Under the pieces are notes generated by a model, which was not told the DNA's origin, did not search any database, and saw only the letters and a list, made by a program, of their open reading frames with translations. 26,313 nt of DNA from a virus (lineage: Duplodnaviria; Caudoviricetes): the IMG/VR virus record IMGVR_UViG_3300033273_000148, positions 1 through 26,313 of that record. One strand, written 5' to 3'. A program made the translations under genes and the position numbers. This document shows, one piece after another, positions 1-8,510 of the stretch (its first letter is position 1; each line of letters opens with the position of its first letter).

Positions 1-1536
1 ATCGGTATCAACGCAGGCAGAATCCGTGGCATCAACAGTAAAATCAGAGGTGGAGAAGTTCAACACACAGGTGTTGTACCATTCCTCAAAAAGTTTGAGG
101 CAACTGTCCGATGCTGCACTCAAAATGGCATTCGAGGCGGAAGCGCGACTGTCCACTTCCCAATCTGGCACCAAGAAATCGAAGACATCATCGTCCTAAA
201 AAATAATAAAGGAACTGAGGATAATCGAGTTCGTAAACTAGACTACAGTATCCAAATCAGCAAACTGTTCTATGAGCGGTTCATTAAAGACGGGGAGATC
301 TCTCTCTTCTCTCCACACGACGTTCCTGGTCTGTATGATGCTTTTGGTACTGATCGATTTGACGATCTATATGTGGGTTATGAACGAGATCAATCTGTTC
401 CTCGCAAGACTATCGGAGCTCAAAAACTCATTATGGACCTCTTGAAGGAGAGGGCAGAGACTGGTCGTATTTACATCATGAATATTGACCACTGTAACAG
501 TCATTCTTCCTTCAAGGACAAGGTGAACATGAGCAACCTGTGTCAGGAGATCACCCTGCCCACAGATCCTCTCCAGCATATCGATGGTGAGGGTGAGATT
601 GCACTTTGTATCTTGTCTGCGGTTAACGTTGGCAAAGTTAAATCTGATCATGAACTAGAAGAACTTTGTGATCTATCTGTTCGTGGACTTGAAGAACTGA
701 TTGATTATCAAAAGTATCCTATCCTTGCAGCAGAACTTGCTACAAAGGCACGTAGATCGCTTGGAGTAGGTTTTATTGGACTAGCACACTATCTTGCTAA
801 GCTGGGATTTAATTACGCTGATCAAGAGGCATGGGATGCTGTTCATGGTCTGGCAGAATCCTTCCAGTATTACTTGCTGAAGTCTTCTAATCAGATTGCA
901 AAAGAGAGGGGTGCATGTAGTGCATTCCCCCGTACTAAGTACGCCGATGGAATTCTTCCCATCGATACATACAAGAAGGACGTAGACGAGATCACCAGTA
1001 TCAAGTATGAGCATGATTGGGAGGGTCTTAGGCAGTCTATCTTGGAACACGGACTCCGACACAGCACACTGTCCGCACAGATGCCATCGGAGAGCAGTTC
1101 CGTTGTGTCAAATGCAACCAATGGAATCGAACCACCTAGAGGATACTTGTCCATTAAAAAAAGTAAAAAAGGACCCCTTAAGCAGATTGTTCCGTCTTAT
1201 ACGACGTTGAAGAACAACTATACTTTGCTTTGGGATATGCCAGATAATACTGGTTATATCAATGTTGTATCTGTGATGCAAAAGTTCTTTGACCAGGCAA
1301 TTAGTGGCAACTGGAGTTATAATCCAGAGAACTATCCTGATAGTGAGATTCCTGTCTCAGTTATGGCAGGTGATCTTCTCAAGACTTACAAGTATGGATG
1401 GAAGACATCTTACTATCAGAACACTTATGATCTGAAGACCGATGAGGTTACTGATGATAAGGTGGACAAATTGGAATCGTTACTGGCTGAACTAGAAACT
1501 GCTGACGAGGAGGATTGTGAGTCCTGTAAAATCTAG
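1..1536 (+). CDS. nrdA: Ribonucleoside-diphosphate reductase class Ia alpha subunit (5'-truncated by window edge)
   Basis: Frame 1 is open from base 1 (IGINAGRIRGINSKIRGGEVQHTG...) into ORF 373..1536. Catalytic SNLCQEI motif, SAQMPSESSS, KTSYY tyrosine pair, C-terminal CESC redox pair. Confidence 0.98.
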   Translation: MGINAGRIRGINSKIRGGEVQHTGVVPFLKKFEATVRCCTQNGIRGGSATVHFPIWHQEIEDIIVLKNNKGTEDNRVRKLDYSIQISKLFYERFIKDGEISLFSPHDVPGLYDAFGTDRFDDLYVGYERDQSVPRKTIGAQKLIMDLLKERAETGRIYIMNIDHCNSHSSFKDKVNMSNLCQEITLPTDPLQHIDGEGEIALCILSAVNVGKVKSDHELEELCDLSVRGLEELIDYQKYPILAAELATKARRSLGVGFIGLAHYLAKLGFNYADQEAWDAVHGLAESFQYYLLKSSNQIAKERGACSAFPRTKYADGILPIDTYKKDVDEITSIKYEHDWEGLRQSILEHGLRHSTLSAQMPSESSSVVSNATNGIEPPRGYLSIKKSKKGPLKQIVPSYTTLKNNYTLLWDMPDNTGYINVVSVMQKFFDQAISGNWSYNPENYPDSEIPVSVMAGDLLKTYKYGWKTSYYQNTYDLKTDEVTDDKVDKLESLLAELETADEEDCESCKI

Positions 1537-1571
1537 ATCTTATAAATTAATTTACCTGGAGTAAGGAAGAA

Positions 1572-2771
1572 ATGCGTCAATACGACTTTGTTGAATCGAA
1601 CTCAATGAACTCATCAAATGTAACAAAAAAACTTGAAGGCATGACAGTCTTCAATACTGAACAAGTCAATACTAAAAAACAACCGATGTTCTTCGGTAAA
1701 CCCCTGGGGGTTCAAAGATACGATTCATACAAATATCCCGTATTCGACAAACTGACAACACAACAACTTGGATACTTCTGGAGACCAGAAGAAGTTTCTT
1801 TGCAAAAGGACCGTGGAGATTATCAAACGCTTCGTCCAGAACAAAAGCATATCTATACCTCTAACCTCAAGTACCAGATTATGCTTGACTCCATTCAAGG
1901 GCGTGGTCCTGGGATGGCTTTTATTCCTTACTGCAGCTTACCTGAACTAGAGGCATGTATGGAGGTCTGGGGATTCATGGAGATGATCCACAGCCGCTCG
2001 TACACCTATATCATCAAGAACGTTTATTCTGATCCCTCTGAGGTCTTTGATAAGATTGTTACTGACGACCGCATTCTAGAGCGTGCTAGTAGCGTCACGC
2101 AGTCGTATGATGACTTCATCAACTCCGCACATCAGTATGATAATAGCACCATGTGGGAACTTGCCACAGAGGGTCATTATGCAGGAACTTTAGAGCGTCG
2201 TGAGTTGAAGCGTAAACTCTATAGGGCAGTGGCAAATGTTAACATATTGGAAGGCATTCGCTTTTATGTCAGTTTTGCTTGTTCTTTTGCATTTGGTGAA
2301 CTCAAGCTTATGGAGGGATCCGCTAAGATCATCTCCCTTATTGCAAGAGACGAGAATCAACACCTGGCAATCACCCAGAACATTCTGAACAAGTGGCGTG
2401 ATGGTGATGACAAAGAGATGCAGCAGATTGCTGCAGAAGAGCAAGAGTATGTTTACTCTATGTTTGATCGTGCGGTGAATGAAGAGAAGAAGTGGGCAGA
2501 CTATCTGTTCAAAGACGGATCAATGATTGGTCTGAATGACAAACTCCTTCAGCAGTATGTTGAGTGGATTGCTAATCGTCGCATGAAGTCGATTGGTCTT
2601 AAACCAGTTTATGATATTGCTGCTAAGAACAATCCTCTTCCCTGGACACAGCACTGGATCTCCTCTAAGGGTCTGCAGGTCGCTCCTCAGGAGACTGAAG
2701 TAGAATCTTATGTTGTAAGCGGAATTAAGCAAGATGTCAAAAAAGATACATTCTCAGGATTCCAACTCTAA
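1572..2771 (+). CDS. nrdB: Ribonucleotide reductase class Ia beta subunit
   Basis: FWRPEEV, LDSIQG, EMIHSRSY (iron ligands and radical Tyr), LEGIRFY, RDENQH, APQETEVESY. The start could be 1572, 1605 or 1641. Confidence 0.97.
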   Translation: MRQYDFVESNSMNSSNVTKKLEGMTVFNTEQVNTKKQPMFFGKPLGVQRYDSYKYPVFDKLTTQQLGYFWRPEEVSLQKDRGDYQTLRPEQKHIYTSNLKYQIMLDSIQGRGPGMAFIPYCSLPELEACMEVWGFMEMIHSRSYTYIIKNVYSDPSEVFDKIVTDDRILERASSVTQSYDDFINSAHQYDNSTMWELATEGHYAGTLERRELKRKLYRAVANVNILEGIRFYVSFACSFAFGELKLMEGSAKIISLIARDENQHLAITQNILNKWRDGDDKEMQQIAAEEQEYVYSMFDRAVNEEKKWADYLFKDGSMIGLNDKLLQQYVEWIANRRMKSIGLKPVYDIAAKNNPLPWTQHWISSKGLQVAPQETEVESYVVSGIKQDVKKDTFSGFQL

Positions 2772-2910
2772 TTGGAGAGAAGAGTATAAGAATACTCACC
2801 GTGTCACTAAGAGGCAGTTAGAACTACTGGAGAACGGTCCAGATAGTCTATCTGCTTCTTGGGCGTTAAATGCCATGTATCAGCAGTGGAAGCGGGAAAA
2901 TAATAAATAA
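2734..2910 (+). CDS. Small hypothetical protein, 58 aa, overlapping the nrdB 3' end
   Basis: Hand translation MSKKIHSQDSNSNWREEYKNTHRVTKRQLELLENGPDSLSASWALNAMYQQWKRENNK fills the gap before 2937. Below the ORF-track length cutoff. Confidence 0.65.
   Translation: MSKKIHSQDSNSNWREEYKNTHRVTKRQLELLENGPDSLSASWALNAMYQQWKRENNK
2903..2909 (+). promoter_or_regulatory. T4-type late promoter (ATAAATA)
   Basis: ATAAATA about 28 nt upstream of ATG 2937; the T4 gp55 late consensus is TATAAATA. Confidence 0.6.
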
Positions 2911-2936
2911 TACTATCAAAGTAAGTATTTCCTGTC

Positions 2937-4025
2937 ATGGATTTTAGAACGATCAAAGAGGAATATAACAGCATCTATAAGTCTGCTCCTCAGAACCTGT
3001 CTGAAGAGACTGAAGAACTGGAACTGATCGATGAGGAGTATGAAGCAGAACTTGATGCTCTGGTTGATGAAGATCTCTTAGAAGAAGTTGTTCTTGAACT
3101 TCTTGATGAAGGTCTGACTGAAGATCAGATTGTCGAAGCATATGAAGAATTGATTGAAGCAAGAGTCACTTCTGATGCTGGTCGTTCTGGTGGTGGTGCT
3201 AAGGTAACTTCTGGATCTGGTTCTAGAATGGCAGCAGCATCTAGACTTGCTCGCATGAAGAGTGCTCAAAAGATTGCTAGAGCAAAAGAGAGAAAAGAAA
3301 AAGTAAAAGGCGCAATCAAGAAGGTAAAGGACACTGCTAAGGCAGGTGTCTCGAAGGCAAAAGAAGCTGGTAGAGATGCAAAGTTTGCTGCAGTTGATAG
3401 GCATGTTGCTTCTTATGCAAACAAGCGTAAACTTGACAATGCTCCTGGTCTCAAAGCAAGATCTAAGGATCCTGAAAAGCGTAGAGGTCTGAGAGCAAAA
3501 GTTGCTAAGGACATTGGTGATAGAGCGAAGGCAAAGGCAGCAAGAGGTGCTAAGAAGGCAGGTAGTGCTGTTAAGACCGCAGGATACGCTGCTGTAGGTG
3601 CTGGTGTGGCAGCAGGCAAGGCAGCAGGTAATGCTGCTAATAAGGCAGCAAGAGCGGCAGCAAGAGGCACTGAAAAAGCAGAGAAGGCAGTCAAGAAGAA
3701 GGTAGCATCTGCTGCAGTCTCTGGATACGCTGCTGCTAAAGCTGTCAAGGATAAAGCAACTGATGCCAAGAACAGAGTGAAGCAGGGCATTAAGAACAGA
3801 ATCGCTCAGGCAAAGAGTAAGGTTAAGGGTGCAGTCGGTAAGGCAGCACGTAAAGTTGCTAACAAGGCAGGTAGCGTTGCTACTAGAATGGGTGAAGAGA
3901 CCAACTATGATCTCGTTCTCAAGTACCTGTATATTGAAGGTTACGTAGAGACTCTGGAAGAAGCAGAAGAAATCATGGTCAACCTCACTACTGAGGACGT
4001 TCAGGCAATCCTGGAAGACTGCTGA
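2937..4025 (+). CDS. Lys/Ala-rich basic protein with acidic termini; putative internal head/DNA-condensing protein
   Basis: Glu-rich N-terminal ~75 aa, then ~245 aa K/A/R/G-rich core, then an acidic C-terminal ~40 aa. Late promoter upstream, terminator downstream. Confidence 0.6.
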   Translation: MDFRTIKEEYNSIYKSAPQNLSEETEELELIDEEYEAELDALVDEDLLEEVVLELLDEGLTEDQIVEAYEELIEARVTSDAGRSGGGAKVTSGSGSRMAAASRLARMKSAQKIARAKERKEKVKGAIKKVKDTAKAGVSKAKEAGRDAKFAAVDRHVASYANKRKLDNAPGLKARSKDPEKRRGLRAKVAKDIGDRAKAKAARGAKKAGSAVKTAGYAAVGAGVAAGKAAGNAANKAARAAARGTEKAEKAVKKKVASAAVSGYAAAKAVKDKATDAKNRVKQGIKNRIAQAKSKVKGAVGKAARKVANKAGSVATRMGEETNYDLVLKYLYIEGYVETLEEAEEIMVNLTTEDVQAILEDC

Positions 4026-4040
4026 ACTGAATAGATTGTT

Positions 4041-4069
4041 AAGAGACCTCCGAAAGGGGGTCTTTTTTT
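4041..4069 (+). terminator. Rho-independent terminator
   Basis: AAGAGACCTCC-GAAA-GGGGGTCTT stem with GNRA loop, followed by a T-run. Confidence 0.9.
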
Positions 4070-4098
4070 ATCTAAATACGATAAAATGGGTAATATGA

Positions 4099-4539
4099 AT
4101 GAGTAGTGACTATGAAAATCCTTGGATTTACATGGAACGGGATTTTAATTCTGATGATGTTGGGGACTACTTTGGTTTTGTTTATGAAATTACCAATCTC
4201 CTCAACGGTAGACGCTACATTGGAAGAAAGTATTTTTGGTCGTTTAGGACACCAAAAGGCAAAAAACGCAAAGTAAAACAAGAATCTGATTGGAAAAAGT
4301 ATTATGGGTCCTGTCCTGAACTTAAGGAAGACATTATCAAACTGGGTAAGCAAAACTTTAGCAGAACTATTATCAGCCTTCATAAAACGAAGGGCAAAAC
4401 TAATTTTGAGGAAACCCGACAGTTATTCAGAAACAACGTCCTCACCGAGTCCCTTGACGACGGGACTCCACTCTTCTACAATAGCAACATTCTCAGCAGG
4501 TACTATCGAAAAGACTACTATGGCAGAACCGACGACTGA
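4099..4539 (+). CDS. GIY-YIG family endonuclease (stand-alone nuclease domain)
   Basis: GFVYEITNLLNGRRYIGRK matches the GIY-x9-11-YIG pattern, with conserved E and YN near the C-terminus. CTAAATA late-like promoter at 4072-4078. Confidence 0.8.
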   Translation: MSSDYENPWIYMERDFNSDDVGDYFGFVYEITNLLNGRRYIGRKYFWSFRTPKGKKRKVKQESDWKKYYGSCPELKEDIIKLGKQNFSRTIISLHKTKGKTNFEETRQLFRNNVLTESLDDGTPLFYNSNILSRYYRKDYYGRTDD

Positions 4540-4717
4540 AGAACTCGTGAAGATGGTCAACGACTGGGCAGTTGAACGCATTGAGAGTATGGTTCAGAGT
4601 AGTGATACTACCCAACGTCAGGTTAAAGATGCTCTTGCTCTTACTGATGAATTCAAAGAATGGTTTGAAGACGATGACTCACCTGACATTGAGATCATGT
4701 CTATGGAGAGGTATTGA
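4520..4717 (+). CDS. Hypothetical acidic protein, 65 aa
   Basis: ATG 4520 in the frame of ORF 4304..4717 (MAEPTTEELVKMVNDWAV...). The upstream part of that ORF shadows the nuclease gene. Confidence 0.65.
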   Translation: MAEPTTEELVKMVNDWAVERIESMVQSSDTTQRQVKDALALTDEFKEWFEDDDSPDIEIMSMERY

Positions 4718-4751
4718 TACCTAAATAATTAAACCCACCCAAGAGCAAACC

Positions 4752-4781
4752 TTGACAAGTCCTAAGACTGTATTCTATATT
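4752..4781 (+). promoter_or_regulatory. sigma70-like early promoter
   Basis: TTGACA (4752-4757), 18 nt, TATATT (4776-4781), upstream of ATG 4814. Confidence 0.55.
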
Positions 4782-4813
4782 CTGGTTTGCTTGTTGGAAA
4801 CCTAGCATTTTGT

Positions 4814-5008
4814 ATGACTAACTTAACTAGGGACGTTTTAATCAAAGCAGTTGTCGCAGATGAAATGCGAAGCGTCAACGGCGATGTTTATACGGAGCAA
4901 CTCAAAACCACATACCACAAGTGGGAACACGCTTCGAGCTATGATCTCTGCATTAAGTACAATCAAATAAACAAAACAAATATTACTGTAGATTATCTGG
5001 CAAGATAA
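4814..5008 (+). CDS. Hypothetical protein, 64 aa
   Basis: ATG 4814 (MTNLTRDVLIKAVV...) within ORF 4787..5008. Confidence 0.65.
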   Translation: MTNLTRDVLIKAVVADEMRSVNGDVYTEQLKTTYHKWEHASSYDLCIKYNQINKTNITVDYLAR

Positions 5009-5032
5009 ATACAACTGCCTTGCTCTCTACAT

Positions 5033-5347
5033 ATGGCGGACACTAAACCCGCAGTAGAGAAGGAAGACCACGATCATGAAGATAAAAGTGAAGTTCTTGG
5101 TAATTTGGTGAAAGTCGTAGTACTTATCTGGTCTGCTTCTCTTCTCACATTCAGTTACGTTAGACTTCCAAACGGTCAAAAAATTCTAGATTTTGATCCT
5201 ACATTTATAGCCTCGGTCTTTTCTGGATCGTTAGCTGCGTTCGGATTGAGTCCTGCTAAGGCAGGTGGTGGTAACGGCAAGTCGGCACCAGCGAAAAAAG
5301 AAGAACCGCCAGTAGTCTCAGCTATTGACAAACCAAAACAACCTTGA
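5033..5347 (+). CDS. Small two-TM membrane protein (possible holin-like)
   Basis: Two hydrophobic segments (LVKVVVLIWSASLLTFSYV; FIASVFSGSLAAFGL) with charged tails. ATAAATA late promoter at 5005-5011; adjacent to a lysozyme-like gene. Confidence 0.6.
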   Translation: MADTKPAVEKEDHDHEDKSEVLGNLVKVVVLIWSASLLTFSYVRLPNGQKILDFDPTFIASVFSGSLAAFGLSPAKAGGGNGKSAPAKKEEPPVVSAIDKPKQP

Positions 5348-5365
5348 TACACTCTTAGGGTCCAT

Positions 5366-5935
5366 TTGACAATGGTTATGAAAATTTTTGCTATTGCTGC
5401 ACTGTTAGCAGTTGCAGGAAGTTCTATACCAGGAGAAAAACAAAAACCCCCAGTGGAACTTCCTGTAATTCCTGCTACTTGGAAGTGTCCTGATTGCTCA
5501 CCTTCTGAACAGTATGTTCTGAAGGAACTGCAGGAACACACCAAGATTAGTGATCGTAATGCCCTTGCAACTATTCTGGGCAACATCAAACAAGAATCCA
5601 AGTTTATTCCTAACATCTGTGAAGGCGGTGCTCGTGTAAACTATGAAGACTGCCATGTTGGTGGTTATGGATTGATTCAGTGGACTTCCATTGGTCGGTA
5701 TCGGAACCTCGGTAAGTTTGCTGCTAAATATGAATGCAACCCCAGTTCTTTGGAGTGCCAAACTCGTTATATGATTAATGAGAGCACATTCCAGCGTTAT
5801 CTGCCTGAGTTTGAGGGCAGAGGACGAACTGTCTATCAGTACATGGTTCCTGCCTACTATTGGTTAGGGTGGGGCATCAAAGGCAACAGAGAACTGTATG
5901 CCTATGATTACACTAAAAAAATGATTCTGTCATGA
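5366..5935 (+). CDS. Phage tail-type lysozyme-like peptidoglycan hydrolase with N-terminal signal peptide
   Basis: ALATILGNIKQES (catalytic Glu) and GGYGLIQWT motifs of the phage_lysozyme2 family; hydrophobic N-terminus KIFAIAALLAVAG. The start may be 5372 or 5378. Confidence 0.8.
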   Translation: MTMVMKIFAIAALLAVAGSSIPGEKQKPPVELPVIPATWKCPDCSPSEQYVLKELQEHTKISDRNALATILGNIKQESKFIPNICEGGARVNYEDCHVGGYGLIQWTSIGRYRNLGKFAAKYECNPSSLECQTRYMINESTFQRYLPEFEGRGRTVYQYMVPAYYWLGWGIKGNRELYAYDYTKKMILS

Positions 5936-6360
5936 TTCAAAAAGTACTTAATTCCATTAAACAAGTTTTCATTCCTAAGTCTGAGTTTGAAGATGATAAG
6001 ATTGAATGTGCAATCGATGATAAAGTAGTACCTTGTGAAGAATTGCAAGATCCAGAACCTCCATATATTGGAGTTCCAGCTCCTGCATATCTAAAAGATG
6101 ATCCTTGGTTTGGTCCTGCTATTCTTTCTGAGAAGCAAAAGGACTATGTTGCAATCGAAGCAGAACATAAGGAACAGGAGCAAGCATCATCTTCTAGTGT
6201 GGAGTCCGAAGATATCCATGAGATGATGTATCAAATCGCCACACAAAATAGTAGTCCAACCACCCTTCAGTTAGATCCTCCTGGTGGTTCTGAGAACTTC
6301 CATGAAGGACCTGGTGGATGGCAATCGGGTAATGGTTACAATCAATTTCGCAAATACTGA
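5932..6360 (+). CDS. Hypothetical acidic protein
   Basis: 142-aa ORF with ATGA overlap on the upstream stop. Confidence 0.75.
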   Translation: MIQKVLNSIKQVFIPKSEFEDDKIECAIDDKVVPCEELQDPEPPYIGVPAPAYLKDDPWFGPAILSEKQKDYVAIEAEHKEQEQASSSSVESEDIHEMMYQIATQNSSPTTLQLDPPGGSENFHEGPGGWQSGNGYNQFRKY

Positions 6361-6363
6361 AAA

Positions 6364-6537
6364 ATGAGCAACGTACCTACAGGAGCACTTAACGATTGGG
6401 GTCATAATGACCTTGAGGGATTCGCTAACTATATCGGATCCCCCGTGCAACACATCAAAGACCTTGCCAAGAAAAATCAAGAAGCAATTGATAAAGCAAG
6501 TGGAAAAAAGGTGGTTGACGAAGAGGAGACCACCTGA
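6364..6537 (+). CDS. Hypothetical protein, 57 aa
   Basis: Hand translation MSNVPTGALNDWGHNDLEGFANYIGSPVQHIKDLAKKNQEAIDKASGKKVVDEEETT; starts 3 nt after the upstream stop. Confidence 0.65.
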   Translation: MSNVPTGALNDWGHNDLEGFANYIGSPVQHIKDLAKKNQEAIDKASGKKVVDEEETT

Positions 6538-6543
6538 TATAAT
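6515..6543 (+). promoter_or_regulatory. sigma70-like promoter for tRNA-Arg/Ala
   Basis: TTGACG-17 nt-TATAAT with TG extension, 8 nt before tRNA-Arg. Confidence 0.85.
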
Positions 6544-6551
6544 AACACATT

Positions 6552-6625
6552 GGTTCAGTAGCTCAGCTGGATAGAGCAACTGCCTTCTAAGCAGTCGGTC
6601 GCTGGTTCGAGTCCAGCCTGAATCG
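6552..6625 (+). tRNA. tRNA-Arg(UCU)
   Basis: Acceptor GGTTCAG/CTGAATC, D stem GCTC/GAGC, anticodon arm ACTGC-CT TCT AA-GCAGT, T arm GCTGG-TTCGAGT-CCAGC. No encoded CCA. Confidence 0.95.
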
Positions 6626-6629
6626 CCTT

Positions 6630-6702
6630 GGGGAATTAGCTCATTCGGTAGAGCGCCTGCTTTGCAAGCAGGAGGCGAGCGGTTCGATCCCGCTATTCTC
6701 CA
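6630..6702 (+). tRNA. tRNA-Ala(UGC)
   Basis: Acceptor GGGGAAT/ATTCTCC with the G3:U70 Ala determinant; anticodon arm CCTGC-TT TGC AA-GCAGG. Confidence 0.95.
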
Positions 6703-6704
6703 TT

Positions 6705-7397
6705 ATGTACTACTTCCCAGACACTGAATACGTTTACTCAAGCCTTATGAGTGGGTTTTTTACTAAAGAAGAAATTAATCCTAAACTGAATGAACTCTGC
6801 ATTAACTACGAAAAAGTTAGGGATGAGTATGAATCGGTTGAGCATCAACTGGTTTATACTAATTGGCATAGCAACAATGCATACAATACTATCGAAAAAA
6901 ATCCATACGAGGGGTGGAAAGTTGCTGCGATGTATGCAAAGTATCATCCAACGATGGAGTCAAGACTTCCTGAACTGGAAAAGATGTATGATCAGAGAGT
7001 ATATCTTGATCCTCAAAGGGGAATTGCTTACACAGAGAATGCTAAAAAATTACCAACACTATTCAACCTGTGCTATGAAGCAGGATTACGTGTCCGTGTT
7101 GGTGTAAGTGTTCTTGCTCCTGGAAAGGTTATTGATTGGCATACTGATCCAGATCCTACTTTAGATGATGATTTAATTATTAGAGGTTTGTGGGGAATAA
7201 AAGTAAATCCACAGAATCAAGAGACTTGTCAGATACTTCTGAATAGTAAAGTTGATGGTGTGGTCAATGAGGTGATGATGAACAATAGAATGCATTTCTT
7301 CTGGGGAAGAACACAACACCACGTATTCAGTAATTTGACTACTCCTAGAGTTTGTCTTTGTTTTGATAATGTTGTTCCTCGACAGAATCTTCTCTAA
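6705..7397 (+). CDS. Aspartyl/asparaginyl beta-hydroxylase-like Fe(II)/2OG oxygenase
   Basis: GWKV..., SVLAPGKVIDWHTD (HxD), distal His in TQHHVF, and R in PRVCLCFD. Confidence 0.75.
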   Translation: MYYFPDTEYVYSSLMSGFFTKEEINPKLNELCINYEKVRDEYESVEHQLVYTNWHSNNAYNTIEKNPYEGWKVAAMYAKYHPTMESRLPELEKMYDQRVYLDPQRGIAYTENAKKLPTLFNLCYEAGLRVRVGVSVLAPGKVIDWHTDPDPTLDDDLIIRGLWGIKVNPQNQETCQILLNSKVDGVVNEVMMNNRMHFFWGRTQHHVFSNLTTPRVCLCFDNVVPRQNLL

Positions 7398-7417
7398 ATA
7401 GTAAACAACCGAGAAAA

Positions 7418-7636
7418 GTGTATATGCAACAGTCACTAATATTAGCGGCATGTTTAGCACCACTTGGATTGATTTTTATTATTATGAAACTTGCTGTTTG
7501 GATGTCTGCTGTCAATGCTGAACAGGATTATGTCAGACAAGAACCTTTACGACAACGAGGACCTTATGTGGCAGATGCATATGCAGACGTTGATGAAGAG
7601 GAAGAGGAGTATGGAGACCGCACAGATTATCGATGA
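7418..7636 (+). CDS. Small membrane protein with acidic tail
   Basis: N-terminal hydrophobic helix and DEEEEE tail; CTAAATA at 7394-7400. The start may be ATG 7424. Confidence 0.7.
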   Translation: MYMQQSLILAACLAPLGLIFIIMKLAVWMSAVNAEQDYVRQEPLRQRGPYVADAYADVDEEEEEYGDRTDYR

Positions 7637-7757
7637 CGCTTTGTTTGAATGGTATTCTGAGCAAGGTCTTCCTGTTCCAAATTGGAAAAGGAATAAAGAT
7701 CCTCAGTGGTGGATTGATTACTTGAATGAATTGGGTATTGACAAAGACAATCCTTAG
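7611..7757 (+). CDS. Hypothetical Trp-rich protein, 48 aa
   Basis: ATG 7611 preceded by GAGGAG (METAQIIDDALFEWY...), within ORF 7491..7757. Confidence 0.65.
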   Translation: METAQIIDDALFEWYSEQGLPVPNWKRNKDPQWWIDYLNELGIDKDNP

Positions 7758-7766
7758 TGTTATACT
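7738..7766 (+). promoter_or_regulatory. sigma70-like promoter for tRNA-Asn/Val
   Basis: TTGACA-17 nt-TATACT with TG extension, 10 nt before tRNA-Asn. Confidence 0.85.
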
Positions 7767-7776
7767 TTCCACATAA

Positions 7777-7848
7777 TCCTCTTTAGTTCAGCGGTAGAAC
7801 GAACGACTGTTAATCGTTAAGTCCCTGGTTCGATCCCAGGAAGGGGAG
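7777..7848 (+). tRNA. tRNA-Asn(GUU)
   Basis: Acceptor TCCTCTT/AAGGGGA, anticodon arm AACGA-CT GTT AA-TCGTT, T arm CCTGG-TTCGATC-CCAGG, discriminator G. Confidence 0.95.
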
Positions 7849-7852
7849 CCTT

Positions 7853-7924
7853 GCTGGATTAGCTCAGCGGTAGAGCATCTCGTTTACACCGAGGCGGTCG
7901 GCGGTTCGATCCCGTCATCCAGCA
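7853..7924 (+). tRNA. tRNA-Val(UAC)
   Basis: Acceptor GCTGGAT/ATCCAGC, anticodon arm TCTCG-TT TAC AC-CGAGG, T loop TTCGATC. Confidence 0.95.
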
Positions 7925-7933
7925 TATAAAGTT

Positions 7934-8506
7934 ATGAATAGTTATCAACAACAGTTTACTCCTGATGATGAGCGGTACATCAATGATTGTGCTGATATAA
8001 TCGCATCTCAGAGTATTGACTTAACAGAAGAAAAGATTTTGGATCTCTTACAAATAAACAAGAGATGGCCAAAAGGTAGTATTGAAACTATAAATCATTC
8101 TTCATACACTTCTGCAGAATATTTTGATTGCAATAATTGTTTGATTTATTCTGAGTGGAAAAGATTGTATGATTTAGGTTTCACTAGTCATATGACTGAC
8201 ACTCTTGATCTTACAAAAGATCTTAGAGAACTTAATCAAAAACTATATGATATAAAAGGATCTAGTACAGTTGGTAATTTGTATATTACCAAAGGAACTA
8301 ATAGTCGTAGGGTTAGTTTTCCTCTCCATAATCATGAATATCTTGTGATTGTTAAACCAATTTATGGTTCTTGTGTTTGGCAAGTTGGTAATGAATCTTC
8401 TGAATATGGTCCAGGTGATTTAATTATTATTCCCCCAGGTATGGCACACTGTGTCCATGAATCTACAGAACCAAGACTATCTTTGACTCTAAACTTAACT
8501 GCATAA
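7934..8506 (+). CDS. Minimal JmjC/cupin-fold protein (Cupin_4/ROX-like), paralog 1
   Basis: GNLYIT...SFPLHNHEY...GPGDLIIIPPGMAH...PRLSLTLN cupin motifs. Confidence 0.75.
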   Translation: MNSYQQQFTPDDERYINDCADIIASQSIDLTEEKILDLLQINKRWPKGSIETINHSSYTSAEYFDCNNCLIYSEWKRLYDLGFTSHMTDTLDLTKDLRELNQKLYDIKGSSTVGNLYITKGTNSRRVSFPLHNHEYLVIVKPIYGSCVWQVGNESSEYGPGDLIIIPPGMAHCVHESTEPRLSLTLNLTA

Positions 8507-8510
8507 TCTT

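Noticed and set aside
1-2771. Intron, intein or homing endonuclease within nrdA/nrdB
   Set aside because: Both frames are continuous, with expected motif spacing and no intein or intron signatures in the visible part.
3413-3790. Ala/Leu-rich minus-strand ORF, and the other antisense or alternate-frame ORFs in the track
   Set aside because: Shadows of well-supported genes; the composition is explained by the reverse complement of GCA/AAG-rich codons.
4099-4539. GIY-YIG gene as a mobile homing endonuclease
   Set aside because: Only the nuclease domain is present, with no DNA-binding extension or insertion scar. A resident nuclease is at least as likely.
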